From the NCBI RefSeq assembly GCF_009914755.1, contig NC_060928.1: 64,000 nucleotides of DNA; one strand, 5' to 3'. This stretch comes from the human T2T-CHM13v2.0 reference genome, Homo sapiens. This document shows, piece by piece, positions 34,470-47,481 of this stretch. How positions within the stretch are numbered: the stretch's first letter is position 1; every line of letters starts with the position of its first letter. The notes below the pieces were generated by a model. The model did no database searches. It saw nothing but the letters and a program-made list of their open reading frames with translations, and was not told where the DNA came from. The translations under genes were made by a program, and so were the position numbers.

Positions 34470-36037
34470 TGTGTCCGGAACTGGTGGGTTCTTGGTCTCA
34501 CTGACTTCAAGAATGCAGCCACGGACCCTTGTGGTGAGTGTTACAGTTCTTAAAGGCAGCGCGTCCAGAGTTTGTTCCTTCTGATATTCGGATGTGTTTG
34601 GAGTTTCTTCCTTCTGGTGGGTTCGTGGTCTCGCTGGCTCATGAGTGAAGCTGCAGACCTTTGCAGTGAGTGTTACAGCTCTTAAGGCGGCACATCTGGA
34701 GTTGTTCGTTCCTCCCGGTGGGTTCGTGGTCTTGATGGGTTCAGGAGTGAAGCTGCAGACCTTCGTGGTGAGTGTTACAGCTCATAAAGGCAGTGTGGAC
34801 CCAAAGAATGAGCAGTAGCAAGATTTACTGCAAAGAGCAAAAGAACAAAGCTTCCACAGTGTGGAAGGGGACCTGAGCAGGTTGCCACTGCTGGCTGGGG
34901 CAGCCTGCTTTTATTCTCTTATCTGGCCCCAACCACATCCTGCTGATTGGTCCATTTTACAGAGAGCTAATTGGTCTGTTTTACAGAGAGCTGATTGGTC
35001 TGTTTTGACAGGGTGCTGATTAGTGCATTTACAATCCCTGAGCTAGACACAAAAGTTCTCCACCTCCCCACTAGATTAGCTAGATACAGAGTGCTGATTG
35101 GTGTATTTACAAACCCTGAGCTAGACACAGAGTGCTGACTGGTGCATTTACAAACCTTGAGCTAGATACAGAGTGCCGATTGGTGTATTCACAATCCCTT
35201 AGCTAGACATAAAGATTCTCCAAGTCCCCACCAGATTAGCTAGATACAGAGTGCTGATTGGTGCATCCACAAACCCTGAGCTAGACACAGGGTGCTGACT
35301 GGTATGTTTACAAACCTTGAGCTAGATACAGAGTGCTGATTGGTGTATTTACAATCCCTTAGCTAGACATAAAGGTTCTCCAAGTCCCCACTAGACTCAG
35401 GAGCCCAGCTGGCTTCACCCAGTGGATCCCACACTGGGGCCGCAGGTGGAGCTGCCTGCCAGTCCCACACCGTGCACCCACACTCCTCAGCCCTTGGGCA
35501 GTCGATGGGACCAGGTGCTGTGAAGCAGGGGGCAGCACTCGTTGGGGAGTCTTGGGCCGGGCAGGAGCCCACGGTGGGTTGGGGGGAGGCTCAGGCATGG
35601 TGGGCTGCAGGTCCCGAGCCCTGCCCTGCGGGCAGGCAGCTAAGGCCCGGTGAGAAATCAAGTGCAGCGCTGGTGGGCCAGCACTGCTGGGGGACCTGGC
35701 GCACCCTCCGCAGCTGCTGGCCTGAGTGCTAAGCCCCTCACTGCCCAGAGCCGGCCGGCTGCTCCCAGTGCGGGGCCGTCAAGCCCACGCCCACCTGGAA
35801 CTCTAACTGGCCTGCAAGCAATGTGCGCAGTCCCGGTTCCCGCCTGTGCCTCTTCCTCCACACCTCCCCGCAGGCTGAGGGAGCTGGCTCCAGCCTCGGC
35901 CATCCCAGGAAGGGGCTCCCACAGTGCAGTGGCGAGCTGAAGGGCTCCTCAAGTGCAGCCAGAGTGGGTGCTGAGGCCGAGGAGGTGCCAAGAGTGAGCG
36001 AGGGCTGCAAGGGCTGCCAGCATGCTGTCACCTCTCA
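34470..36037 (-). mobile_element. LTR12C-like (ERV9) solo LTR, sense to TBCK
   Basis: Minus strand TGAGAGGTGACAGCATGCTGGCAG...CCGGACACA, 1568 bp, 4-bp TSD CCAC at 34466-34469 and 36038-36041. Confidence 0.95.
34899..35395 (-). promoter_or_regulatory. LTR12 U3 enhancer repeats (CCAAT and GATA motifs) and AATAAAA TATA-like box
   Basis: About 41-bp units 'gagctagatacagagtgctgattggtgtatttacaa' with seven intact ATTGG (CCAAT on minus strand); 'cttttattctcttatctggcc' at about 34908-34928. Confidence 0.75.
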
Positions 36038-36306
36038 CCACCAGGCCAGCCTCCAACATTGGAGATTACATTTCAACATGAGATTTGGAGGGGACAAATA
36101 GCCAAACCATGTGTGTTACTATTTTCTGACTTTCTCTGAAATAGGTGTATTGAGATTGTTCTCTGTTGGATGGTAGATACAGTTATATAAAAGATAGGTG
36201 AGTGATTTATAACTTAGAAGTAATATCCACTTGCATACTTCTTTAGTATGGTTAGTTAAGTTTCATCATTAAGAATGACTTTCATTTAGTGTCAAAAGTT
36301 AATCCT

Positions 36307-36668
<362 letters not shown>

Positions 36669-36723
36669 TTATGATCAATAGTCTTAAAGTTCTAATCTGA
36701 CTTTTACAGTTTTAAATTTCTAA

Positions 36724-36925
36724 CAAAGATGGAAAAAACAGACACTGGGCCCTACTTGAGGCTGGAGGGTGGGAGGAGGAAGAGAAGCAGAAAAAATAAC
36801 TATTGGGTACTAGGCTTAGTACCTCGGTGATAAAATAACCTGTACAACAAATGCCTATGACATGTTTACCTATATAACATACCTGCACATGTATCCCTGA
36901 ACCTAAAATAAAAGTTAATAAAAAT
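36724..36925 (+). mobile_element. Short L1PA14-16-like 3' end
   Basis: 'caaagatggaaaaaacagacactgggccctacttgagg...acctgcacatgtatccctgaacctaaaataaaag'. Confidence 0.85.
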
Positions 36926-36944
36926 TTATTACAAATTAAAAATA

Positions 36945-37160
36945 ATATACAACACCAAGAGTGAGCCCTGATGTAAACTGTGGACTTGGGATGATAATGA
37001 TGTGTCAATGAAGGTTCATTAGTTGTAACAAATGTACCACTCTGATGGGGGAGGCTGATAATGGGAAAGGTTGTGCATGTGTGGGGTAGTGGTATATGGG
37101 AAATTTCTATTCCTCTCGATTTTGCTCTGTGAAAAGCAAAAACTTAAAAGACTTAAAAAT
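36945..37160 (+). mobile_element. L1MC-like 3' end fragment
   Basis: 'aacaccaagagtgagccctgatgtaaactgtggacttgggatgataatgatgtgtcaatg...aaatgtaccactctg'. Confidence 0.75.
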
Positions 37161-38524
37161 TATAGTGAAGGCATCAAATTTGGAAAAATCAATAGCCTAG
37201 TTCCTTACTATGAAATCATATGGCATAGTTCTCTAAATGTAACCCTTACATGTTGTTTTCATGGACTTCATACACACTCGCTCTAGGAATAAAAGAGCAA
37301 AGTATTTTCATGTTTCCTTTTTTCTGAGTTTGTATCAGTATGGGGTATGTGCAGGTGGGGATGGGAGGGTTACCTTTAGCCAATATCAGAATTGAATTGA
37401 ATGGAGGAATTATAATTTTCCAATAAAAAAATTCAAGAAGTGTTTTTTGCCTCCCAGGTGGTAAAATCATGCATACTTTTTATTTCCTTTTTTGGTCTCT
37501 CTATATTTTCCAAGTGTTCAACAAAGTGTGGTTATTAGTTTTTATAATAAAAGACATTTTAGGTTATTTCTCTGATTACTAAGAGTAAAAAAAAAATAAA
37601 GTTTTAAAGTTCTAATCTGAAATTTTCAGTGACCACATTTCAGGAGTGCTCAAAGGAATATGTACAATCAAGGCAAATATTTTGTCTCCACTCCTGATTT
37701 CCCTGATGACAGAATTTTCCTAAGCATATTCCTGGCCTTTCTCTTTGTCCCTCTATTCTCTGTGCCCTGGGAGGTTGAAGGATTTATTTGATTGGTAAAT
37801 TTGGGAAGGCTCAGTCCTGCTTATCTTCCTTTTAGAAAAAAGCTGTCTGCAGGGAGCAAGTTACCTCTGCTACTTTTCTAGGAGCAGATTCTTCCCTTTT
37901 AGAGAAAGATCCTGTACTCGTTCAACGTTGCCTATATCTAGATACCTTCTCTGGCTGCTTGTTTTTAAGTAAGTCCATTTGGCTCTCATACTAAGCTACA
38001 GTCTTCAACTTGTCTTTTATTAAAAAATAAAGATATTTTTGGCCTTCATATGCTACTCTTTGTTTTATTTTTCAATTTGCTTAGAACATAGCCATGGAAG
38101 AAGGAAGCCATTTTATTGTTTCATGTACTTCTCATGTCTGACAGTTGACATTCTCCCTGAATTCTCTATCATTAAAAAGCTTTGAGTCTCTAGTAAACAC
38201 AATTTCTAAATCTAACAAATCTCATCATGACCAGCTCTCAGAGCCTACACTTGAACACTACTGTTTTTCTCCAGTGGAGGGAATTCAAGCTACTTCTTTA
38301 CAATTTCAGAAAGCAGTTAGAAAAAAACAGCCTTAGGCTATTTTGATTTTTTAAGGTTACTGTTGATTCTGATGCTGAACACTGAAGGAAAAATGCTTCA
38401 ATTAAAGGCAGACAAACTCTTCCATATAAGAACACAGACAAATCTTCAAAGCTCATAGTATTTGTGACCAACTCCTGAAGAAATATACTTTTAGATAACC
38501 TTCATATAGAAGGCAGGTAAATCA

Positions 38525-38737
<213 letters not shown>

Positions 38738-39628
38738 TTAAGGAAAACATTTATTTGTGTGCAATCCTGAGTGTCTGAGGGAAACTCACAGAGCTAAGTG
38801 ACTCCCAGAAGATAGTACTAAACATCTTCCAGCTTATGTGAGTATTTTATCTAAATGAAGTAAGGCACCTCCAGGAGAAAAAAAAAAGTTAAATTTGAAA
38901 ATGAAGTAGAAAAGAGAAAGGAAGATGACTAGCCAAAGATATAAAAGGATCTTACATCAAAAGCATCTCTCATTACATAAACACAGATATGGGTAAACAA
39001 TAACTACACTTAAAGAGGTTCTATAAAGAGTGGAGATGGTGGAGATGGACTACATATCTTACAATTTAAATTTTCTAGTCAGCTGCTGCTTCATCTTTTT
39101 TTTTAAAGAAAAGGGTATGACATTAATAATGAGAGAAAGAACTGTAAATAAGTTCTGAAAAATGAAAGGAGAGAGAATCAACATTAACATTCCAGTAGGC
39201 ATTGTTTAGTTGAAGTTTTCTAGAATGGGCAGAGAATTTATGATCATGGGTAGATTACCTTTGAACTTCATCAGCATTAGTTTCTCAAACATTTCTAATT
39301 ATTCAATATTCCCAATTGCAGTTTTCCTGAAGAGTAATGACTTTTCTCTCAGAATATAATTACTCTGATGGTACTTTTTTAAAAAACTGAAAGTACTTTT
39401 ATTTTCAGTAAAGATCTACTTAAAATGAAAATTTTTTATAACACATACTAAGAACCTAACAAACAACTCATATATTCTCAGCACCTATATCTACATCTGT
39501 GAGGCCTGAATCAGTTGCCAGAGAGTGTTTCCATATTTATCAAACAACCTTTTCAACTATGAACATCTTTCCTTTTTTTAGTGTGTTTAGAGTAGCAAAA
39601 GCAATACAAATCTATCCTGGTGAAATGC

Positions 39629-39840
39629 TGTAGCAGACATGTTTGGGCTGCCTGCCCACCTGCTGTTTTCTTGTTTGGAAGAGCACCAACCACTGACCCT
39701 GAGGAAAGGGTGAGCCTAGGTTGTCGTGTTGGTATCAGATGACCCTGCTACAACCATGACTGACAGGATGGTGGAGGGGAGGGTGATGGTGGATATATGA
39801 TGCAGGCTGAGCCAATGAGATTCTCTCCCTTGAAAATCAG
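39629..39840 (+). mobile_element. Ancient ERVL LTR16/LTR33-like remnant
   Basis: 'tgtagcagacatgtttgggctgcctgccca...caggctgagccaatgagattctctccc'. Confidence 0.35.
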
Positions 39841-42679
39841 AAATAAAAGACATAAAAGATAATGCTCAGACTGTGTTAAGCTTTACATGTAAAATCACCT
39901 TTAAGTGCCTCTTCCATAAAATTTGTTCAGCCATCCATAAAATTTGTTCAGCCACGTATTAGAAAATTAGAAGACCCTGACTCTAAAAGAAGAACTGTTT
40001 AATAGATACATTCAGTGAATACTGTATTTGGTTAAAAAAGTACCCATCTATATCTAAATAACCATACCTAGTAACTATATCTATAATCATAGATAAGTAT
40101 TAAGGTGATTTTGTAGGCTCGATATCACCTATTTATTATGTGCCTTTAAAGAAGATTTTAATCTAAACTCCTTTCAGTTACTAAAAGTATGTCATAAAGT
40201 TATTATCCTATTATCCTTGTGATTTATTATTTGTTTAAAAAATCTAGATTAAATATTAAAATGCTTCACAAAATATGACGGCAACAGAGTCTTTTTTGAA
40301 AGAGAAAGTTTTTCAAAATACAAAATGATTCCAAACCTTTTTTAGGCTACACTTTGGAAAATAAGGCACAAAAGAAACAGAGTTTTAAACCACACTTTCC
40401 TTATTCTTAATCTACTTCAACCAAAATGTCCTGGATAATATCTAAGAACACTCATCCAAGAACACTCTTGTCATGAAACTTATAGCACAAAAATGATTGG
40501 GTAAGCATGAATGTCTGTAGACATGGTGGTCAAACCTCTAAATCGTCTATCATTACTGGAAAACAGCAGAGGAGAATGTATTACTGGCAAAAAACAGAGG
40601 AGAATGAGATTGGCCTAGTTATAAATAAGTATATTTATAATGAATAGCCTGTTGTTTATATAAGTTGGATAATGAAGACAACTTTGGTTATTTAGAAATC
40701 TCTTCTTGTTTCCTTGGAAAGTATTTACATGGCCTACAATACAATTTCCCATGTGACACAGACAGCATTAGGTGAAATAGAACTGCTTTAGGCAACTTCT
40801 AGACATTTGAGAGGTGGTCAGATTATATTGTAAATCTAGGTAGGTGAATACTTTTTTCACTTGTTGAGTACTTCATAATCAGAATAAAATATGAGGTATT
40901 TGGAAAATGAGCAAACAACAGATTTCTGTATATTTTTTATTAGAAAGAATAAATAAATAAAGAGGAAAATAGAAGAAAATTTTTGACATATGGTGACTCT
41001 GAATGACCATAGTTGACTATCATCAGTCATGAGTAAAATCTGGCAAGGAAAGAGACATGATAGAGAATATGTTGAGATAAGCACATTTTTCCATGCTCTA
41101 AGAACTTTGGTTTTATTTCACTGTATTACAGTGGAAAACAAGTATACATAGGACCTTCACACAAAGGTAGGGTTAGAGATGAACACGCAACACTACATAT
41201 TTTTGAAGTATGACTGTCACTTTACTGCTTTCTGTATAATATAGATAAAAATCTGAATCCTCTACACTAATGTTTTACATTTTAAAAAGGCCTTTCTCAT
41301 TACATAAACACAGATATGGGGTAAACAATAACCACACTTAAAGAGGTTCTATAATGAGTGTAATACTCAACAGTCAGTCACTATGCTATTTTATAAACTA
41401 AGAGTTTAAAAAGCTACAGCTTCAAAGAACCCAGTTCAGAGGAAATATTACTATTAAGGAAATAGTAGCCAAAGTACTTATGGGGTGATTAGCCCCAATC
41501 ACATATATATCATGATACTGTAATCCCAACAATGACATTACAATTTTTGGTTAGGTTTTGGCAAAAGTGGCAATGGTATCCATAAACACTAATTTTTAAC
41601 TTCCAGTGTTCATAGGAAATTAGAATTTTTTATGACATACTTGAAAGCGTTAAAAGATAAAAAACATCATTACAGAAGTCAGCAGTAATTACAATGAAAT
41701 CTCTAGACTGGAATAATAATAGTTATGAAAGCATAAAAGCATCCAGTTATTGTAGCAGTCACTTTACCACGTGTTTGGATATGGTTGTTTACTATGCTGA
41801 ATGCACTACAGGATATATTCCAGTAAACATATGAATTTTCTTTGGCATATGGTGACCTTACACTATATATCTTACCCTGTCTTGGAGTAAGTTGTACCCC
41901 TCCCTGCAAATAAGCCATTCAGCTCAATATTCCATTTGGCAGATACTACCAAAAGTATTTGAATGTGTGCTAAGAACAAAATCAAAAATTTGCATTAAAC
42001 AGAATTTGATAGCCCAATGCACAGACAGATTTAAAAAATTACTGTAAACTTCTGATAAATAAGTTGGATTATCAGAATAGCATTAACAGGTAGGGATGAT
42101 GTATATTATCTTCTAGGTTTCTAAGATATTAAAACTTTCCTGTATTCATAATTCAGTCTACAAAACAATGCTGTAAGTAGATATGCTGTACTTCAATCAA
42201 ACAGAAAAAAATCAGGTATAAGAATATAGGTACAGTGTATAGGTAAATTACATGGTAGTTAACCAAGTATGTTCAGAAAGACTCTTCAATTTACAAAAAG
42301 ATTTGAAAATTCCTTTAAAATATTGTTTAAAATTCAGCACAGAAACCAGCTCATGTTTTTTTACATCCTAAAAGAGCACAGCATTTTTGCTGGATGCCAC
42401 ACTTAGTGACATCGTATCTTTAAAGACAACACACACCAATATTTCACCAAACCATTCAAGAAGATCTACCTACCTTTGTTTTTTGGCTGTTTGTCTGCTG
42501 GGTTAACTAATTATAATTAGTATTATAGACCTTTCAGCCCAAACTGAAAGTTTTACCTTTAGTATATCAACAGCGAAAAAGAAATATGAAATTAAACCCA
42601 CAGTTCTCTCATATATACCATAACTAAATAGCATTAACTGATATAAAAATGATGTTTAGATATCATGATTTTCTTTGCT

Positions 42680-43380
42680 AAATCTATTGATAGTCTGAAT
42701 GGCATCACCATCCCCCAAATCAACCAGTCAAAAATCTCATTTCCAACATCTTATCAGTAGCAACATCCAATATTCTACAGCTCTAATAAATCTTGTACTC
42801 ACATTTTTATTCCCATTACCCCTTGCCTATTTCAGATATTGATTTGTCTTGAGCTTAAACTACTGTAGTAACTGTTTTCTCCAACTTTTGTCTTTTCTCT
42901 TGGAAATACACTTGATTTACAATATTGACAGAGAAAAAATTTAAAAGCAAAGTGTTCTGATTATTGTATCCTTTCTGAGAAACTTTCTATGACTGCCTAT
43001 AGGACAAAGCCCATATTTCTCAGTTCAGTCCTCATGAATAGAACCTAACTACTTTAATTCCAACCAAACTAAATCATGCACTGTTACCAATATGTTTTCT
43101 ATCTCCTGTAGTTTTCTCTGCCCAAATATCTTTTTCTCATTTTTGCGCATTCAAACATCCATCCTTCAAATGTTTCATCCATGAAAGTTTCCCTTCCCAC
43201 AGTATCTGTACATATCTTATAACAGCAATTTGATTTTATATAAAATTTTCTAATGAAAATGACTTCTATCTAAACAACTGATAGGAACAATGTGTATTAT
43301 ATTTATTTCGTCTTTGAATCTCTTGCAAGGATTAATAGAATGCTTAGAACATCACTTACATATTTGGTGAGTAAATGAAT
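42680..43380 (+). mobile_element. L2 LINE relic
   Basis: 'gaatggcatcaccatcc...tactgtagtaact...aggacaaagcccat...tatttggtgagtaaatgaat'; boundaries approximate. Confidence 0.5.
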
Positions 43381-43709
43381 TTCAGAATTTTGCCAAACCT
43401 GGAGTAACTAGTATCGGCAGCAAATATGCTAAGGTGCCTTCTGGCCACCCCAACCAGTGGCACCAGTATCTAACAATGCTTGCAAGTGTCAACGATATAG
43501 AATTTCCCTTTGTCAGCACACACTTTGAGAAAAGGGAAAGAAACAGCAACAAAAGTAATTTCTCTCAATCTTCTTCAGCATAGGCTCACTAAAACCGGTT
43601 TATTTAGGGAAAAGCTAGGGACCTCACTCTTTATGACAGGATATGAATGAATGATTATACACATCAAATTTCTGGATAATTCAATCCTAATTTTGCCTGC
43701 AAGATTATC

Positions 43710-44273
43710 TCTACCCTCATCCATCCTCTACAATGCATTAAAGTAATTTTTCTGAAATAAAAATCTGAGCATGGCACCTACCTGTTTAGAATTTTTTAAG
43801 TTTCTTACTGCCTTTGGAATAAAACCCAAATTTCTTAGCATGTTATGAGACATTTTCAATGAGGCTACTTTTACCTACTCTAGTTTCATTACTAATTCTC
43901 ATATATTCCAGACATGCTCATCCACAATTCTTGTAACTTCCTAAATGTGTCTGTCTCACCTTCTCTGGGCCTCAAACAATGTGATTTTTCAATGCTTTCT
44001 CTCTTTTCTTTGTTAGGTTACTAACTTCTACTTGTTTTTTAAGAATCATGTCAGACATCACCTGGTTTAGGTGCCCATCCTATATTTCCATGACATTTGG
44101 GTATGCTTCAGACATAGGCCATTTCATATTATACTGCAATTATCTATTTCATGTATCTATTTTAGTTATAAGACTGTGAGCTTCTGGTGGGCAGGGGTGC
44201 TATAACTAAACTCTATATCCCCATTGCCTGGCAAAGCAGGTCCTCAAACAGGACTGGCTGGCTGATTGAATGA
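43710..44273 (+). mobile_element. L2 LINE relic
   Basis: 'aaaatctgagcatggcac...ggaataaaacccaaatttcttagcatg...agactgtgagcttctggtgggcaggg...tgattgaatga'. Confidence 0.6.
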
Positions 44274-46594
44274 GACTGTATGGCACTCTAGGAACTGGGG
44301 TCATGGATGGTTCTCACAGCAAATCGGAGCTCTTTAACAGCTAATACACCTTTCATAACTAGCAATCCAGACATGAAGACATTGCTCAGCAGTTGCTATC
44401 ATATACTCCCACATTATACAAAGCCCACTCAAATATGGGAATACAATTGGATGGAAATTTTAATTTAGATAGATTGAACCTAAGCCCAAATGAGATGAAA
44501 AAAACCTTACTAAACCTTCTCATCAGTATCTGTCCTGCTCTGCTCATGAGTATCTTTAAATTGCTTTGAAGAAGTTTTTATAAATCAATTATTAAGGACA
44601 AAGAGACAAGAGTAATACTAGTGTTCACTAAGGATGAATGTGCCATAATGAAATAATGAATACAACTGGGTTTATGTGTTTTTCAAAAAACAAATTTAAG
44701 CCTGAGGTTGTCTTTGGTATAGTTTTAGATACTAACTTTTTTTTAAAAATCAAAAGGTAAGAGTTTTACAAGTAAAGCTCAGCCTTGAGCAAAAACTCAG
44801 CCTTGATTTCAAGCAAATGAGTAACATTCCTTTAAAGTATTGCTGTTTACAGATAAAATAAATTGGATCCACAATTACATGACTAAGACCTCTCTTAATA
44901 TGAACTTCCAAGAAAACTGAAACCCTAAATATTTACAACTATTAAAGAAAACAAGAGTTTGCTTGTGTATTACCATGGAAACTATTAACATCACTTCTGA
45001 AATTCATGTCACTACATGAAAACATTTTCTATTGCCTCCTTATAAAATGCAATTTTTGTTTGCTTTGAAATTCTCAAAATATACTGAAGAACAAATATAT
45101 CTGACTTGATTTTTACCTAGATTAACATTTCATGTTTCTATCTTCTAAAAGCAAACAAAAAAACGTGATTTCAACAAAAACTGTTGTTTTGCCTCTCTGA
45201 GCCTTTGGCTTTAATATTAAGAGTTTAGACTATATTAGGGTTTCTTCTTATTCTAAAGTTTTGGGATTATGTTTTTATTGTTAAGTGGGTAAAGTTTGTC
45301 TTCATGTCCTTCAGCTTTCTTCTTCTGTATTCTCCATTCCCTTGGCCCACATTGGGGTTTGGGTAGTTCCCTAAGATTGCTGGCACCTTAATGTGCTGCT
45401 TGTCTCCTACAATCACAAAAACTGAACATAGATTAAAATATTACCACCTGCAGGCTTTTTGTATTTTAACTGAGACTATTCATAACACAAGCTAAATGAC
45501 TGAAGCCTCAACAGTAGCGTTTCAGGCATCAAGTGAAGGTTCTGAAGGGGGCTTGGTGGTAGTAGTGAGGCTGTCCCTTAAATTTATTGGTAGACAGCTT
45601 ATTTTGCCTGTGGATAAGATTGCCTCCCTCCCTGTCATAAGCAACCACTTAAATCATTTTACATAGGTTAAAAAAAAAGACGAGATGAAATATATTTTTA
45701 GACATTAAATCTCCTGGAAGCACAATTTAGGAAAAAAAAACTTCACCTATAATGAAGATGTAAGAACTGTGTTAGGCAAAGACTTCCCATTTAAATGATG
45801 TATAAAAGCAAAACAGAAGATAAACATGATACAGGGACATTATAAATAATTTGAACAACATTTCAAAAATAATTTGCTTCCTCTAGGGAAGGAAAAGGTG
45901 TTAGAGAAAGTTTCTTTTTTTTCCATATTGTACAGGGTCACATTTTGCGGCAAGAGAGAAATAAAACTATTTCAAAAATATCCTAGTATTAAATATGTAA
46001 TCACTTCTTAAACAGATTGTTAAAGTCACATAAATCCTAGACTTTAATTGCGAAGATTTACCTTGGTAAGCATTAAGAGTTACTGTACAAAGATAATTAC
46101 TTTAAAAATATTATTAAAATTTCAATGGGCTTTAAAAAACATCAGCATATTAGTAGCTTTAGGGAAATTTTTATTAAAAAGATTTTGAATGAATTAAATA
46201 TTATAAATTAAGTCAATATAATAGGGAAGGATCTTTCTATCATGTTTCCTCCCTCAAAGTGTTGCAATACTGCTTTCTAAAATTTGAAATACTTCAGTTT
46301 TCCTCGATTCTGTGGCTACATCTGTATAAAGATAACCACAGGTAGATTTGTTCAGTTGGTATCTGGGATTAGTCCTCTTATACACACAGGTGCTGAAGGT
46401 AATAGCTTATTTTGTGTGTAAGATTTGAAGAAATGTGTATAACATCTGAATGAATATATCTAGTGTAGAGGAATCAATGCATGTCTCACTGACTCATTAA
46501 TTTCTATTAACTCATTTGTTTCAATCTTGTTTATGCTTAACTGTCCCTATGCAGAGACCAGATAGGCACCTGTAAAATAGTGTAAAATTTAGAA

Positions 46595-46757
46595 GCACAA
46601 GACTGGCTCTGCAATTACTAGTTATATGGCCTTGGGAAAGTTGCTTAACCTCTTTAAACTTCAGTTTATCAGTAAAACAGAGATAACAACAGTATATACA
46701 GCATAGGACTAGCACCATGCTTGGTACAGTGTAAGAACTTAAAGACTGCTATTATTA
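46595..46757 (+). mobile_element. MIR SINE
   Basis: 'ctggctctgcaattactagttatatggccttgggaaagttgcttaacctctttaaacttcagttt'. Confidence 0.7.
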
Positions 46758-47481
46758 GAAGTCAATTTACTTCAATCTATTCAAGAAGCAGCTAGTGTGC
46801 GTGGCTAGAAGCAGCTAGTGTGTGTGGCTCTCATGGAGAAAAACAGAAGGGGGCAAGTAAATACCACACCTTCAGCTGAAACATCCAGGTATTTGCAGTG
46901 GGACTAATCAAGGAAACAACTTGACCTTTAGAGAATGAAGAAAAGTAAGACAGGACAACGACCCACCTGGGAATAACATGGAACCAGGGGATACTCCCCC
47001 ACCCAAGGGAAGTGGTGAGTGAATGAACGGCCCCAGAAAAACACACTTCTCTCACAGGTCTTTGCAACCCTCAGGTCAGGAGATCTCCTTGTGAACCCAC
47101 TCCACCAGGGCCTTCAGTCTTCAGTCTGACGGACAGAGCTACATGAAGTCTTGGCAGAGCAACTGCTCAGGCATAGGTGGAGACCCTGAAGCCTTAGATT
47201 ATTATTGGGCTTTCTGGCAAAAGTAGCTGCAGCTTTGGCAAAGTAGAAGGTTAGACTCCTGTACATACCCGTAGGAAAGAGGCCGAATCCAGAAGGCTGA
47301 GTAGCAACAACCCATAGGCCCCACTTCCATGGCACCTCACAAGATAAGACCTACTGGCTTGGGATCCAGCCAGCTACCAGCAGTGGCACTGCACCTCCCT
47401 AAGAAGGAGTTCCCAGGGAGATGGGTGGGTTGCCATCTTTGCTGTTCAGACACCTTAGCCATTCCAGCCTTCAGGCTTTGG

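Larger units (their letters stand above)
25706..36110 (-). mobile_element. MSTA MaLR provirus: 3' LTR 25706-25743 plus 32144-32517, internal 32518-34129, 5' LTR 34130-34469 plus 36038-36110
   Basis: Two MSTA-like LTRs around a 1.6-kb MaLR internal region (ORF 32707-33252 relic); 'ctggtaccaattatc' next to the 5' LTR and a polypurine tract next to the 3' LTR on the minus strand. Confidence 0.9.

Noticed and set aside
34940-35395. Regularly spaced 41-bp repeats that look CRISPR-like
   Set aside because: These are the standard LTR12/ERV9 U3 enhancer repeats; there are no unique spacers or cas genes, and the DNA is primate
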